Shown here piece after piece: positions 48,880 to 61,560 of a stretch of DNA of 64,000 nucleotides (positions are counted from its first letter, which is position 1; every line of letters begins with the position of its first letter). Location: assembly GCF_006345805.1 (NCBI RefSeq), contig NC_042999.1, positions 131,254,001-131,318,000 of the forward strand, written 5' to 3'. A program made the position numbers and the translations under genes. The notes beneath the pieces were generated by a model. It had not been told where the DNA came from. It did not search any database and saw only the letters and a list, made by a program, of their open reading frames with translations. This DNA is from Octopus sinensis (taxonomy: Eukaryota).

Positions 48880-51035
48880 ATTTTTTTTTGTTTATTTTTT
48901 TGTCCTGTGTATTACATGTGATACACAGGACAAATTTCCTTGGCATCCATGCTCATATATGATACACACTCTAAATGTTTTTCAACCCCAGAGTAACTTT
49001 AGACTTAAGAAAAGAAAGATATATGTTACTCAGTACATATGAAATAGGGGATAACTAAAAGCTTAAAAAGAAAAATGCTTTGGACAGGCAAATGGTTAAG
49101 ATAAGAGGCAAGAGATGTTTTAACCATGACATTCTATAACAGACCTTTATTAGACTCAATGCCGTCATTGTTAGTGGGAGTTCCTGCTTTGGATTCTTCA
49201 GTGTTGTAATCATCTGCAAATCAGAGTGGAAAAAGAAATATAAGGATTGCTGGAATAATATGATAAAGATTTATATACATACTGTATGAAATGGTGAGAG
49301 AGAGAGTGTGTGTGTGTGTATGAATGCATGCACACTCACATGCACATATGTATGTATATAGACAGACAGACCAGAAGAAAGATGGAGATATACATATACA
49401 TACATATATATTTGAAGCTGACTCCGTCACTTCTCACGGTTTCTTGCTCAATGCAAATCTTTCAGGTAAAAACAATATGAATGATAAATGTGACACTGCT
49501 ACAAAGCACTAAACAATGTTTCAGATTTTATTTTCATTGGAGCCATCAGATCACATGGCTTGTTAGTTGTGCTGGGAATAACTTCTTTGTTCGCGTTGTT
49601 TCTAGGCAGTGTTAATTACAATGGTTCTTTCATTACAAATTTACATTTGATTCTTTTGTTTCAAAGAGAGATTAATTTATCTTAAATTAAATCATTTAAG
49701 ATTTTGATGATTACATTCTGTCCTTTAATTCTTTCAGTCATTAGACTGCAACCATGCTAGGGCACTGCCTTGAAGAATTTTATTCGAAAAACTTTACCCC
49801 CAGTACTTAAAATCTTTTTGTAAAGCCTGGTACTTTTTCTATCAGTCTCTTTTGTCAAACTGCTAACTTATGGGGATCTAAACACACTGACACTGGATGC
49901 CAAGTTCTGGTGGGAGACAAACACACACATACACACATGACAAGCTTCTTTCAGGTTTTGGTTGGCTTTGGTTGGCTCAAGGCTGTAGTGGGTGGAAGAC
50001 ACTTGCCCAGAGTGTAATGCAGTAGGACTGAACCTGGGACCATGTGGTTTAGAAGCAAAATTCTTACTCCACAGTCATACCTTTAATCAATTTTTGACAG
50101 ATTGTTCTTACACTGTGATAGATATTTTCAGCTAAGTAGTCAAGACCATTTCAGATTTGGTATCCAGGCTGCTGAGTTGATATCATAGATAATTGATTCA
50201 ATACTGCATTTATTTTAGCTATCCACACTTTCTTAAATCACATATATAACAAATATTCTTGGGCTAATAGTTTCTGTTTTAGGCACAAAAATGGTTGTGC
50301 TCCACAATCATACAGTTTTGGGTTGAATCACATTACCTTGAGTGAGTGTCTTCTACGATACACTTAGCCTAACCAATGCTGTGTGAGAGACATTGGTAGA
50401 CAAAAACTGTAAAAAAAAAACCCATTATATATCCATACACACACACACATGCACAGAGGCATACACATACTCATCATACAGAGACACATATACAAAGATA
50501 TAAACACACAAAGGAATACATGCACTCATTTACATATAAACATTCAAACACACTAACATACCTGTTTCTTTATCATTAGCATTTTCAGAACTTGGTTCTT
50601 CAAACTCATCTTCATAGTCTCCTAATAATAAAAACAAAACTAAATATAGTGTGTGTTACAGATGCATATATATATAGTTTTTGCATTCAAAAATAGTTGT
50701 AATGCATGATAAATAACACTGTAACACAATTTTTGTCCTTGGGTGGCAACTGTTATTTCCTATTTGCTTACTCCTACAAAGTATTGAAAATGGCTAATAC
50801 TTCCTTCAAACTTTGCTTTTCTTACATTTATTCAAACTCCGAAGAATCCCTTTCAATATATAACAATGATGCTCCCCACTACTTTTGCTCATGATCAGAT
50901 ATGCACATATTGTCAGCCACTAAGGGACATGTTCAAGTGGTTAAGGTCAAGCAACTGACAAGCAAATCTGTGACATTGAGCAGAATATTTGCTGTAACAA
51001 TATTTCTGCTTCAGCAACTCAGTGCTGAATCTGTC

Positions 51036-51360
51036 TGAAATATAATGGAAAATAGGTCAGTTTTAAAAGCGAAGTTTGAAGTGAATAGTAGTCATTTCCT
51101 TTGATTTTTAGATAGAAGCAAATAGGAAATAACACTTACTGACCAAGAGAAAAATAAATAAATAAAAATTTTGTTACATTAGTGTAACGGTGCTGAAATG
51201 TAATGGAAAATAGGTCAGTTTTAAAACATTGATCTTTAGGTCACAAAAGCGAAGTTTGAAGGGAATAGAAGTGAGTTCCTTCGATTTCTAGATAGAAGCA
51301 AATAGGAAATAATACTTACTGACCAAAAACAACAACAAAAAAATTGTTACATAGTGTAAT
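51036..51360. repeat. ~158-bp tandem duplication just downstream of the TTC25 stop codon
   Basis: tgaaat.taatggaaaataggtcagttttaaaa..tagatagaagcaaataggaaataa.acttactgaccaa at 51036 and 51194. Confidence 0.85.
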
Positions 51361-51420
51361 AACAAAACAAAACTCTACAGAGCATTGACTCTTTTAGCAA
51401 TATACAGCAAAGATACTTGA

Positions 51421-51635
51421 CTAACCATTGTCAGAGCTTGGTTTTTCTTCATGATTCTGCTCATTCTCATCATTAGAAGTTTTATGAAGTTTTTCTTCTC
51501 CTTCAGATTCACTGAACTCCAATTCTTGCATCACTTTCCTGATTCTGCCTTCAACTTCAACTCTGCCTTGTTTCTGTGCAATGTCAATAACTTTCTGGTA
51601 ATGTTGTACAGCACTGTTTACTTTTTTATCACATG
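51421..51635 (-). CDS. TTC25: TTC25/ODAD4 last coding exon (ACDKKVNSAVQHYQKVIDIAQ..SSDNG*)
   Basis: tttcag| acceptor, phase 1, TAG at 51421; last TPR helix followed by an acidic tail, as recalled for vertebrate TTC25. Confidence 0.8.
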
Positions 51636-51663
51636 CTGAAATGTATATATGTATATATCTATC

Positions 51664-51710
<47 letters not shown>

Positions 51711-52860
51711 GTATAAAACAAAAGAGGGGATGTATTTCCATGCAGGAAAAAATATAATTAATTTTACTGTTGAAAGTGTACCTAAATTTGAAAAACTTGT
51801 AATTGTTTAAAATATATTTATTTACATATATACCAAACTAGTTTCAACAATATTTTTTGTTCAACAATTGTAAAAATTTAGAATTATGAATTAGTAAAAC
51901 ATCTTTAAAAATTTCAATGTTGACAAATTTTCTCTTGTTAATGATGATTGTGTAACTGACTCTCACTAAAAATTACAATCGTTTGAAATAAATCTCATTT
52001 GTTTCTTCTCCCATATGTCTGACATATTTTTTCTCTAGAGATAAAAAGAGGTAAAGGTAGTGAGAGAGAGAGACACATATGCAACCAGAGAGAGAGATAA
52101 TGAGAGAGATAGAGACATACAGAGGGATGCAGAGGTCCGGCAGCAACTTCGAAGGAATAAATGTAATGTATAAACTTAGAGAAGGTTGGAGGTGGATTGA
52201 GTGATAGGTAGAGTATTAATAAGTGCACAGTTATCTGTGGAATGGTCAACTTAATTTAAATGATATGAAAAACCAGAAATATTATCAATTTTATTTAGTG
52301 TTTTCAGTGGTCAACATACAGACAAACAAACTTTGCTTTTTATAAGATGTATATATGTACATACGTGTGTATGTACATATACTGTATATATATATATACA
52401 CACACACATACACACACACACATATATATTATTTGAAACACACATTATTATTACCGATGTCATATACACTATTACAACCACTCCCAAAACAATGACAACA
52501 ATAATGACAACAACGACAACCACCACCATTATCATTTTATACCAGTTCTTGACATATGATGGACACACACACACACATATGTGTGTGTGTGTGTGTTAAT
52601 GCTTGTGTTGACATCACATTTATAAACATGTGATACAGGCAGTATACTTTTGTTTTCAATTTTCCTTAGCTATGAAGCAATAATACCTGGCTTGGAGCCA
52701 GATGAGTACAAATTCCATTTAACCCTTATGAGCATCGAAAAATGGATATTAAAATAATGATGATGATGGTAATGATACACAAACACAGCCACACACATAG
52801 ATGTGTGCGTGCATGCATGTGTTTGTGTGTATTCATACTAAAATATGTTTATATTCATAC

Positions 52861-53057
52861 CGAAACTTTGAGCACAAAGCAGAGCAGCATTCATTTCCCA
52901 GTCTTCATCTTCAATTTCTTCAGCAACAGCCAGTGACATCTGGCCATAGTTGAGTGCTTCCGCATATTTTTTTAGTTCCAAATAACAACGCCCAATTTCA
53001 TGATACAGCCATGCTTTTTCAACACCTTTCAAGTCAGAATTAAGTTTGGTCTCCCAA
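52861..53057 (-). CDS. TTC25: TTC25/ODAD4 exon (WETKLNSDLKGVEKAWLYHEIGRCYLEL..NAALLCAQSF)
   Basis: Matches the recalled TTC25 motif EKTWLFHEIGRCYLEL; ag| and |gtatga sites; 197 bp, phase 2-1. Confidence 0.9.
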
Positions 53058-53084
53058 CTGTCATTTAAAAAATGAAAGAAAGTA

Positions 53085-53300
53085 TAATAATATTAATGAA
53101 ATTATTGTATACAGTGCTCAGGTGCACCACAACTTGTCAAAAGTGCATATAAAACATATGCAGTAATGTACAAATGTCTGGAAAGTGAACAGTGTATGAG
53201 TCAGATACATGCTTGCGTGTGCATGGAGGGGAGAACATCAGGTGTAGTGTTGATGAATCTCAGGAAGCATGGAAGTTTTGAAGGATGCATGAAAGTATGA
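53085..53300 (-). mobile_element. 3' end of a CR1-like LINE with (ATT)n tail
   Basis: Minus strand reads ..SFKTSMLPEIHQHYT* then 3' UTR; shared with 33606-33700. Confidence 0.6.
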
Positions 53301-53635
53301 TGTTGTACCAGCCATACCTTTCCCTCAAGACATCATAATCCACATCATGGACTTCTGTTATTATTTTTAGGTAGTGTGTATCATCAAGTAGCGAGTAACA
53401 GAATGATGCTGGAGAAATATTTTGTAGTAATTAGTTACATCCATTTAACTTATAAAATTCAAATCCCAACAAGATCAACTTGCATTTCATTCTTTTGGGT
53501 TGGATAAAATAATCACCAGTGAAATACTAGTACTTTACACATGTATTTATATATATTATCTGAACTGTTTAAAATATATAAATAGACATAATGTCTAACA
53601 GCTGATCAATGCTACCTCTGGATTTTCTTCTTGCC

Positions 53636-53689
<54 letters not shown>

Positions 53690-53692
<3 letters not shown>

Positions 53693-54010
53693 TCATCATC
53701 ATCATCATCATCGTTTAACGTCCGTTTTCCATGCTAGCATGGGTTGGACGGTTCAACTGGGGTCTGGAAAGCCAGAAGGCTGCACCGGGCTCCAGTCTGA
53801 TCTGGCAGTGTTTCTACAGCTGGATGCCCTTCCTAACGCCAACCACTATGTGAGTGTAGTGGGTGCTTTTTACGTGCCACTGGCACAGGTGCCAGACGAG
53901 GCTGGCAACAGCCACAATCGGATGGTGCTTTTTAAGTGCCACTGGCACGGAGGCCAGTCGGGGCGGCACTGGCAACAGCCACGTTCGGATGGTTCTCTTA
54001 CGTGCCACTG
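53690..54010 (-). mobile_element. RTE LINE 3' end, (GAT)n tail abutting (TA)n
   Basis: Reverse complement of the RTE terminus at 55990-56170. Confidence 0.85.
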
Positions 54011-54217
54011 GCACTGATATCACAGCTACTAATTAAGTGATACAAAAGCGATGAAGTTCCCGACTAAAATGCATGTGGTTATGGGTTCAAACCTGACCAG
54101 TACGGTGATGGCATAGATGTAGGATTCCTTGTGTTAATAACTGTTAAGCACTTTGTAGTGAGACTTATTGCAAAGCCCATAATAGTAACACACACACAAT
54201 TCCTTGTGTGATAAGTT

Positions 54218-54248
<31 letters not shown>

Positions 54249-54249
<1 letters not shown>

Positions 54250-56170
54250 ACACCATCCGGTCGTGGCCATTCGCCAGCCTCATCTAGCACCTGTGTCGGT
54301 GGCACATAAAAAGTAGTCAGTACCGCTTGTGGTACCAGTGCCGGTGGCACACAAGAATCCATCCGAACATGGCCGTAGTCAGTACCGCATCACTGGCCAT
54401 CGTGCTGTGGGCACATAACAAACACCATCCGGTCGTGGCCGTTCGCCAGCCTCATCTAGCACCTGTGTCGGTGGCACATAAAAACACCATCCGAAGACCC
54501 GGCAAGACTAGTCAGGCCATAAACCATGGCCCCTACCTGGGACGTAGTCAGTCCACCTGTGCATACCTTCCTCCTTGTGATACTTGTGAAGGCCTGTTGA
54601 GGCAAGTGCAAATCAAAACAAATCAAAATAGATGAACATCAATGGAATTTGTATCTTTGTGGTACCAGTGCCGGTGGCACACAAGAGAAAACCATCCGAA
54701 AGTGCCGTAGCCAGTACCGCATCGACTGGCCTCCGTGCTGTGGGCACATCCGAAAGTGGCCGTAGCCAGTACCGCATCGACTGGCCTCCGTGCTGTGGGC
54801 ACATGACAAACACCATCCGATCGTGGCCGTTCGCCAGCCTCATCTAGCACCTGTGTCGGTGGCACATAAAAACACCATCCGAAGACCCGGCAAGACTAGA
54901 CAGGCCATAACCCATGGCCCCTACCTGGGACGTAGTCAGTCCACCTGTGCATACCTTCCTTCTTGTGACACTTGTGAAGACCTGTTGAGGCAAGTGAAAA
55001 TCAAAATCAAATCAAAACAAATCAAAATAGATGAACATCAATGGAATCTGTATCTTTGTGGTACCAGTGCCGGTGGCACACATGAGAACCATCCGAACGT
55101 GGCCGTAGCCAGTTCCGCATCGACCGGCCTCCGTGCTGTGGGCACGTAACAAACACCATCCGATCATGGCCGTTCGCCAGCCTCATCTGGCACCTGTGTC
55201 GGTGGCACATAAAAAAAACCTTCCGAAGACCCGGCAAGACTAGTCAGTCCACCTGTGCATACCTTCCTTCTTGTGACACTTGTGAAGACCGGTTGAGGCA
55301 AGTGAAAATCAAATCAAATCAAATCAAATCAAATCAAATCAAAATAGACAAAATAGATGAACATCAATGGAATTTGTATCTTGTGGTACCAGTGCCTGTG
55401 GTACCAGTGCCTGTGGCACACAAGAAATCCATCAGTGCTGTAGTCAGTGCGGTGGGCACATGACAAACACCATCCGATCGTGGCCGTTCGCCAGCCTCAT
55501 CTAGCACCTGTGTCGGTGGCACATAAAAACACCATCCGAAGACCCGGCAAGACTAGTCAGGCCATAACCCATGGCCCCTACCTGGGACGTAGTCAGTCCA
55601 CCTGTGCATACCTTCCTTCTTGTGACACTTGTGAAGACCTGTTGAGGCAAGTGAAAATCAAATCAAAACAAATCAAAATAGATGAACATCAATGGAATTT
55701 GTATCTTTGTGGTACCAGTGCCGGTGGCACGTGGCACACAATAAAACCATCCGAACGTGGCCGTAGCCAGTACCGCATCGACTGGCCTCCGTGCTGTGGG
55801 CACGTAACAAGCACCATCCGATCGTGGCCGTTTGCTAGCCTCATCTGGCACCTGTGTCGGTGGCACATAAAAACACCATCCGAGCGTGGCCGTCTGCCAG
55901 CCTCGTCTGGCACCTGTGTCGGTGGCACATAAAAAACACCATCCGAGCGTGGCCGTTTGCCAGCCTCGTCTGGCACCTGTGTCGGTGGCACATAAAATCA
56001 CCCACTACACACTCGGAGTGGTTGGCGTTAGGAAGGGCATCCAGCTGTAGAAACACTGCCAGATCTGACTGGACTGGTGCAGCTTTCGGGCTCCCCAGAC
56101 CCCAGTTGAACCGTCCAACCCATGCTAGCATGGAAAGCGGACGTTAAATGATGATGATGATGATGATGAT
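54249..56170 (+). repeat. Higher-order tandem repeat (4 x ~342 bp plus ~60-bp monomers) derived from an RTE 3' UTR, ending in the normal RTE terminus
   Basis: Units start at ~54420, 54808, 55150, 55466; three ~60-bp monomers 55809-55995; terminus and (GAT)n tail to 56170. Confidence 0.9.
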
Positions 56171-56176
56171 ACATAC

Positions 56177-56222
<46 letters not shown>

Positions 56223-56279
56223 GTTTATATATTTGTTGTGCAAGATTTTTTATGTGAAGTCATGTGTTGAAACAGATAT

Positions 56280-56480
56280 TGTTATATTTCAGAATGGTCA
56301 TTTTGCCAGTTTAGCCAATAAAAATACACGCACTATATATTTGGTGTTATTTTGCTTCAGTGTTATTTATTTTTTACATTAATCTTAATCTTAATAAATA
56401 ACACTGAAGCAAAATAACACCAAATATATAGTGCGTGTGTTTTTATTGGCTAAACTAGCAAAATGACCATTCCGAAATAT

Positions 56481-56484
<4 letters not shown>
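56280..56484. mobile_element. Foldback element: 92-bp inverted arms, 21-bp spacer
   Basis: Arms 56280-56371 and 56393-56484 with 3 mismatches; (TA)n follows directly. Confidence 0.8.
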
Positions 56485-56538
<54 letters not shown>

Positions 56539-56549
56539 TACATACATAC

Positions 56550-56623
<74 letters not shown>

Positions 56624-57218
56624 GTGTGTGTGTCTTTGTGTCTGCGTTTGTCTCCCTGCCATCGCTTGACAACTGATGTTGGTGTGTTTATGTCCCTGTA
56701 ACTTAGTGGTTTGGCAAAAGAGACCAATAGAATAAGTACTAGGCTGGTTTACAAAGGGTCTCGATTTCTTTGACTAAAAACCTTTCAAGGTAATGCTCCA
56801 GCTTGGCTGCAGTCAAATGACTGAAACAAGTAAAAGAATATGAGGTATTTTTAAAGTCTGAGTATAAGTATTGTCGAAATTGTAATGTTGGATATTTCAT
56901 TTTTAATCTGGACTCAACCTCTTCTTTATAGAATGAAGTAAAGAAAATTACCCTACATGTAGTGTTACATACATTCACATTCAGGGTCAGAACAATTTTT
57001 TGTATCTGGTAGTTAACTGAGTAAACTCACAGGTTTAGACTATTACAGATATACTGCATGTAATCAAAGTATTATGGTTTATGATTACACAATACAAACG
57101 CAAAGTAACGTACAAATGTACATGCCCCTTACAAAGTTATTGTTATTTGTATTAGTATAATGAGTTATTAAGGTGCTCGCATATAAAGATATAGTTATGT
57201 ACAAAGCAATCTGTTTAC

Positions 57219-57299
57219 ATTTTAATGGCTTCTTCGTTTTTTCCCCATCTTGCATATGTTCTGCCAAGATTGTCTACAGCTCGCCCTTTGTCTTGTTTA
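57219..57299 (-). CDS. TTC25: TTC25/ODAD4 exon not in the ORF track (KQDKGRAVDNLGRTYARWGKNEEAIK)
   Basis: tatttttgcag| acceptor, |gtaaac donor, phase 2-2; matches the recalled KSRALDNIGRVFARVGK. Confidence 0.85.
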
Positions 57300-57841
57300 C
57301 TGCAAAAATATTGAAAAGAATTTCAAATCAAGTATCACTTTTAAAAAGACCTTCTCATACTCTTCCCTGAGCCAACAAAATAAATACATAAACATGCATA
57401 ATTTTATTAATATTTAGCAGAAGTAACAGAGTGATGCAAAGACCAGGAGTTTTGTTGTGTTGGCACTTACTATACCTGTACATAAAGGTGAGTGCTGCAA
57501 GGCTACAAACATTCAGAAGCCTTTCCTATTGCCAACTCTCACTAGCTTTTAGGAGAGGTAATAATCTCCTAGTTTATTGAACAACCAGCACCTAGTCATG
57601 TTTATGACACTGTATCAATGAGCCTTTTGTTTAAAAAGACTGAGCAGCTTGACAAATCACACCAAGAAGCACAAACATGCTTTTGCAGTGGACTACAAGC
57701 AAACAGTACAGCTAGCGAAAGCTATCATATACAAGCAGTGAGCAAAGATATGTGAAAATGAGGGAAATGCACAATCATTCATGCAAACACACAGATGCAC
57801 ATATATGCATACACACACACATACACACATAAACATGCATG

Positions 57842-57873
<32 letters not shown>

Positions 57874-58314
57874 AATATATATACATACACACATATATAT
57901 ATATAAGTACATGTGTATGCATAGAATATATTAGAAATATTCCACATAAGTCATGAGATATGGAAAAATAAGAAAAAAAGATGTTTTTTCCTTTTATATT
58001 GTAGTGAATTTATTCCAAAGGATGTTATTAAAGTCAAATCATTTCAAGATTACTAATTCCAAAGTACTCTCAAATCATTTCAAAATACCTAATTAAACAT
58101 TTCAAAGTCCATAATTACAAATATACATCTAAATACATAATTTCCAACTGGTTTCAATTCTTACAGAATATATCCATTGCAATGTACGTCTGCAATTATA
58201 TATATATATATTTATACAGGAATAATGGGAATATGGGTAGCTCCAGTATAAGTAGTAATGATAATAAAATATATATATATCAGAAAATAATAAAATAATA
58301 AGATATATACATAT

Positions 58315-58507
58315 ACGTGCGGGTGGCACGTAAAAAGCACCCACTACACTCACGGAGTGGTTGGCGTTAGGAAGGGCATCCAGCCGTAGAAACACTGCCA
58401 GATTTGACTGGGCCTGATGAAGCCTTCTGGCTTCACAGACCCCAGTAGAACCGTCCAACCCATGCTAGCATGGAAAACGGACGCTAAATGATGATGATGA
58501 TGATGAT
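58315..58507 (+). mobile_element. RTE LINE 3' end with (GAT)n tail
   Basis: gtggcacgtaaaaagcacccactacactc..gttaggaagggcatccag..gctagcatggaa..gatgatgat. Confidence 0.85.
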
Positions 58508-59268
58508 ATCAGAAAAATATAAGGTAAACCTTTACTGCAGTGAAACTAATCTGCACTCTATAGGAGCAAATAATATCATAAATCAAAGTAGAGGAGAAAC
58601 TTTTATAGCTGAAATTCCTTTATCAAAATTCATATACACCATCAAAATACACAGATGCAGAGTCATCAAAATTTTTAGGTGTCAAGCATTCCAATATTAC
58701 AAATCAACAATGAAGTTAGATGAGCAGTGGTATAAAATAGCATATATATCCTTACGATCATTTCAGGAAATTGTGTTTGTATTGGACAAATCTTCCAACC
58801 AATACAAATGGCCACATTTCCCTCATCAGAGGTACAGTAAGTGATTAAAATATTTAAAAAATAGTTTTAAAATATTATCTACTTACAGAGCATAGGAGGA
58901 TTTCAGAATAATGTTATAGTTTTTTTTAGAAAAGTTTGTAAAGATGTAGAAATCTTTGTAAAATGAAAAATATTTGTAAAAATAAAATATTTGTGCCAAT
59001 AAAGAAGAAAATATTTGTAAAAGTAGAGTGCGGAGTTCAATAAAATCGTGAATGTTATAACAGATGAACATTTTCATATAAAAGGAATGAGGACAATATT
59101 TCAAGTTCAACTTAAGTTAACAGTTTAAATAAGCTGTTGGATACATTAGCACTTAATTAATCATAGGGTGAATCCATGCATGTGGAATGTTATTATCACC
59201 ACCACCACCACCACCACCATCAACAACAACAACAACAATTCCAAGACCACAACTAAACAGATTCTTAC

Positions 59269-59476
59269 TTTTCCTCTGATATAGACTGATCTTTAATATG
59301 ATGATTCTCTGCAAGTTGGAACTCACCAAGTTCCATGAAAGCATTACCAATGCAACTGTGAAGATTAGCAATAAACAAATTTTTTTCAGGTACTTTATTG
59401 GAAGGACAGGCTTCGACTATTTTGAGAGTACCTCTGGCTTTCTCCAAAGCTTTTCTGAAGTTTCCTTGAAGTAGAA
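59269..59476 (-). CDS. TTC25: TTC25/ODAD4 exon (LLQGNFRKALEKA..NLHSCIGNAFMELGEF..SEE)
   Basis: Matches the recalled GNLYSCIGNAQIELG; canonical sites; 208 bp, phase 1-2. Confidence 0.9.
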
Positions 59477-59561
59477 CTGCAACAGAATCAACAAAAGCAT
59501 TGCATGATCTCTTAATTAAACATGAAATGTAACATAAGAACAATCATACATCACAAACATA

Positions 59562-60837
59562 TCAGGTCATCCCATAAGTTCTGTCCGAATTTTGAATAAA
59601 GAAAACAAGTGATTAAATGTTATATTTAATTGAAATCTAATCATCAATGTACTTTCCCTGATTATCTATAACTTCCTTCCATCTATTTACAAGCTTTTTA
59701 ATCCCATCAATGTAAAACTCTTTTGGTTTCAAAGCGAAGAACTCTGAAATATCAGTTTTGACCTCCTCCTGGCTTGCGAAAGTTATGCCCCCCAAATGAT
59801 TCTGTAAACTACGAAACAAATGGTAGTCTGAAGGAGCAAGGTCGGGAGAATAAGGTGGATGAGGAATTTTTTCCCAACCAAGCTCTTCGATCTTCTGTGA
59901 TGTGATCTTTGCAGTGTGGGGTCACGCAATGTCCTGATGAAAATATCACTCCTTTTCGATTCACTAAAGCAGGTCTTTTTTTCTTCAAAGCTTGGTTCAA
60001 ACGCTCTAATTGCTGACAGTAGACTTGAGCATTGATTGTTGCATTAGGAGGTAACAATTCAAAGTGAATTACTCCTTTGCAATCCCACCAGATAGAGAGA
60101 AGAGCCTTCTTTCCATGAAGTTTTCTTCTCGGTTGTGGTTGAGCTTTTTCCCTTTTACCAAGGCACTGTTTACGATGTTTAACATTTCGATAGAAGAGCC
60201 ATTTTTTGTCACCAGTCACAAGTCTATCCATGAGTTCACAAGAATGGAGAAGAGCAAATGTCAACTCAAGATTTGTGGTTGCTTTCAGACAATTCATGAG
60301 GCACCCATTTTCCAAGTTTAGGAACCTTTCCAAGTTGTTGAAGATGACGATGAACAGTTATATGATTTGAACTAAGCTTTATTGCCAATTCTTCAACAGA
60401 TAATGCAGGATTTTCTTCAAGTAATGCCTCAAGGAGTTTATCATCAAACTCAACTGGATGTCCTGTTCAATCTTCATCTTCAAAGCTGAAATCTCCACTT
60501 CTGAATTTTGCAAACCATCTTCTGCAAGTTCTTTTATTCAAGCATTCTTTTCCATAAACTGAGTGTATGTTTCGAGTCGCTTCGGCTGCAGAGTTTCCTT
60601 TTTTTGTACTCATAAAGCATTATGTGCCATAAATGCTCTTTGGATACTTCCATGTTAGAGAGGGTTTTAATCAAAGAAATTTTAATTCTATTATTCTGTA
60701 AAATAATATTTAATTAGTTTAAATGTACACAAATGGATAAAAATAATTTTTAATTCCGTTAGACATTCTAAAATAATATTAAATTTCATTCAATTTTTAA
60801 AAAGGTAAAATCGGACAGAACTTATGGGATGACCTGA
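59562..60837 (-). mobile_element. Mariner transposon (DD34D-type) in a TTC25 intron, frameshifted
   Basis: Perfect 27-bp TIR tcaggtcatcccataagttctgtccga with TA on both sides; VTGDKKW, LSIWWDCKGV, YSPDLAPSDYHLFRSLQNHL. Confidence 0.92.
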
Positions 60838-61074
60838 TAACTGCCTGGAAAGCACAGGAAAAATCCTTGCTTCAATACCCTAAATAAGCAGATAAAAAAT
60901 ATGTGGTATATCAATTTGGGATTGAAATTCAGGATTTCAACTAAGTTCTATTCATGGCTATGTCAATTTAATTGTAATGTAAAAAATAAAAAGCCTCCAT
61001 GAATGGTTGATATATATTTTATCAATGTGAACAGGAAGAAAAGCAAAGTAAATTCTGGCACGGTTTGAATTCCA

Positions 61075-61270
61075 CCTCTTTAGCATTCAGATTGCTCTGT
61101 TAAAAGTAATGCTTATTTATTCACACTATTTTGAATTAATAATGCAACGTCAATGATGTTTAGTTTAGAACATTGTAGGTTAGTGTGAGAAGCCAGATCT
61201 AGCCAAATTGAATATAATATAGGTAGAATATTTGAGCCAGATATGGCCATTTTAAATGCTAAAAGACTAA
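61075..61270 (+). mobile_element. Third copy of the TTAA-type MITE family
   Basis: ctctttagcattcagattgctctgt..taatgctta homologous to the 40348 copy. Confidence 0.6.
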
Positions 61271-61356
61271 AAACAAAGAGACATAACTACACACTGCAAA
61301 ACATTTAGTCCAGTGCTCTACCATTCATACCAATGAAAAGAAGTTTGTTATCTTAC

Positions 61357-61560
61357 GGTCATCTACTTCTTCCAGACGGTTGAGAATGTCTTTGCTGCCA
61401 CTGCGGAGGATTGCACTCTTGGCTGTAGTCTTCCTTCTATGAGAATACAAAGGTTTCTGTTGCTGCCAAAAATTCATACGTGTATCAAGGTACTCAAGCT
61501 CATCTATTATTAAGTTGCGAATTGTCTCATCATTGAAATCTATCTTTGAATTTGTCAAAG
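61357..61560 (-). CDS. TTC25: TTC25/ODAD4 exon (LTNSKIDF..LEYLDTRMNFWQQQKPLYSHRR..LEEVDD)
   Basis: Matches the recalled INYLDTHSNFWRQQKPIYAR; ttttttag| and |gtaag; 204 bp, phase 1-1. Confidence 0.9.

Noticed and set aside
54500-54545. HDV-like ribozyme in the repeat unit (RTE elements can carry them)
   Set aside because: ggccat-aaccc-atggcc is a simple hairpin with no room for the nested P2/P3/P1.1 pseudoknot, and it lies at the 3' rather than the 5' end
54249-56000. CRISPR-like array of ~30-60 bp repeats
   Set aside because: The sequences between repeats are themselves repeated and match RTE 3' UTR pieces elsewhere in the window; eukaryotic context; no cas genes
54327-56147. Many 70-160 aa ORFs with repeated peptides
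   Set aside because: Overlapping translations of the tandem repeat on both strands; no coding signature
58408-58440. CTGATGA-agcc-ttct-ggct hairpin
   Set aside because: No GAAA after the stem; it is the RTE 3' terminal stem-loop region
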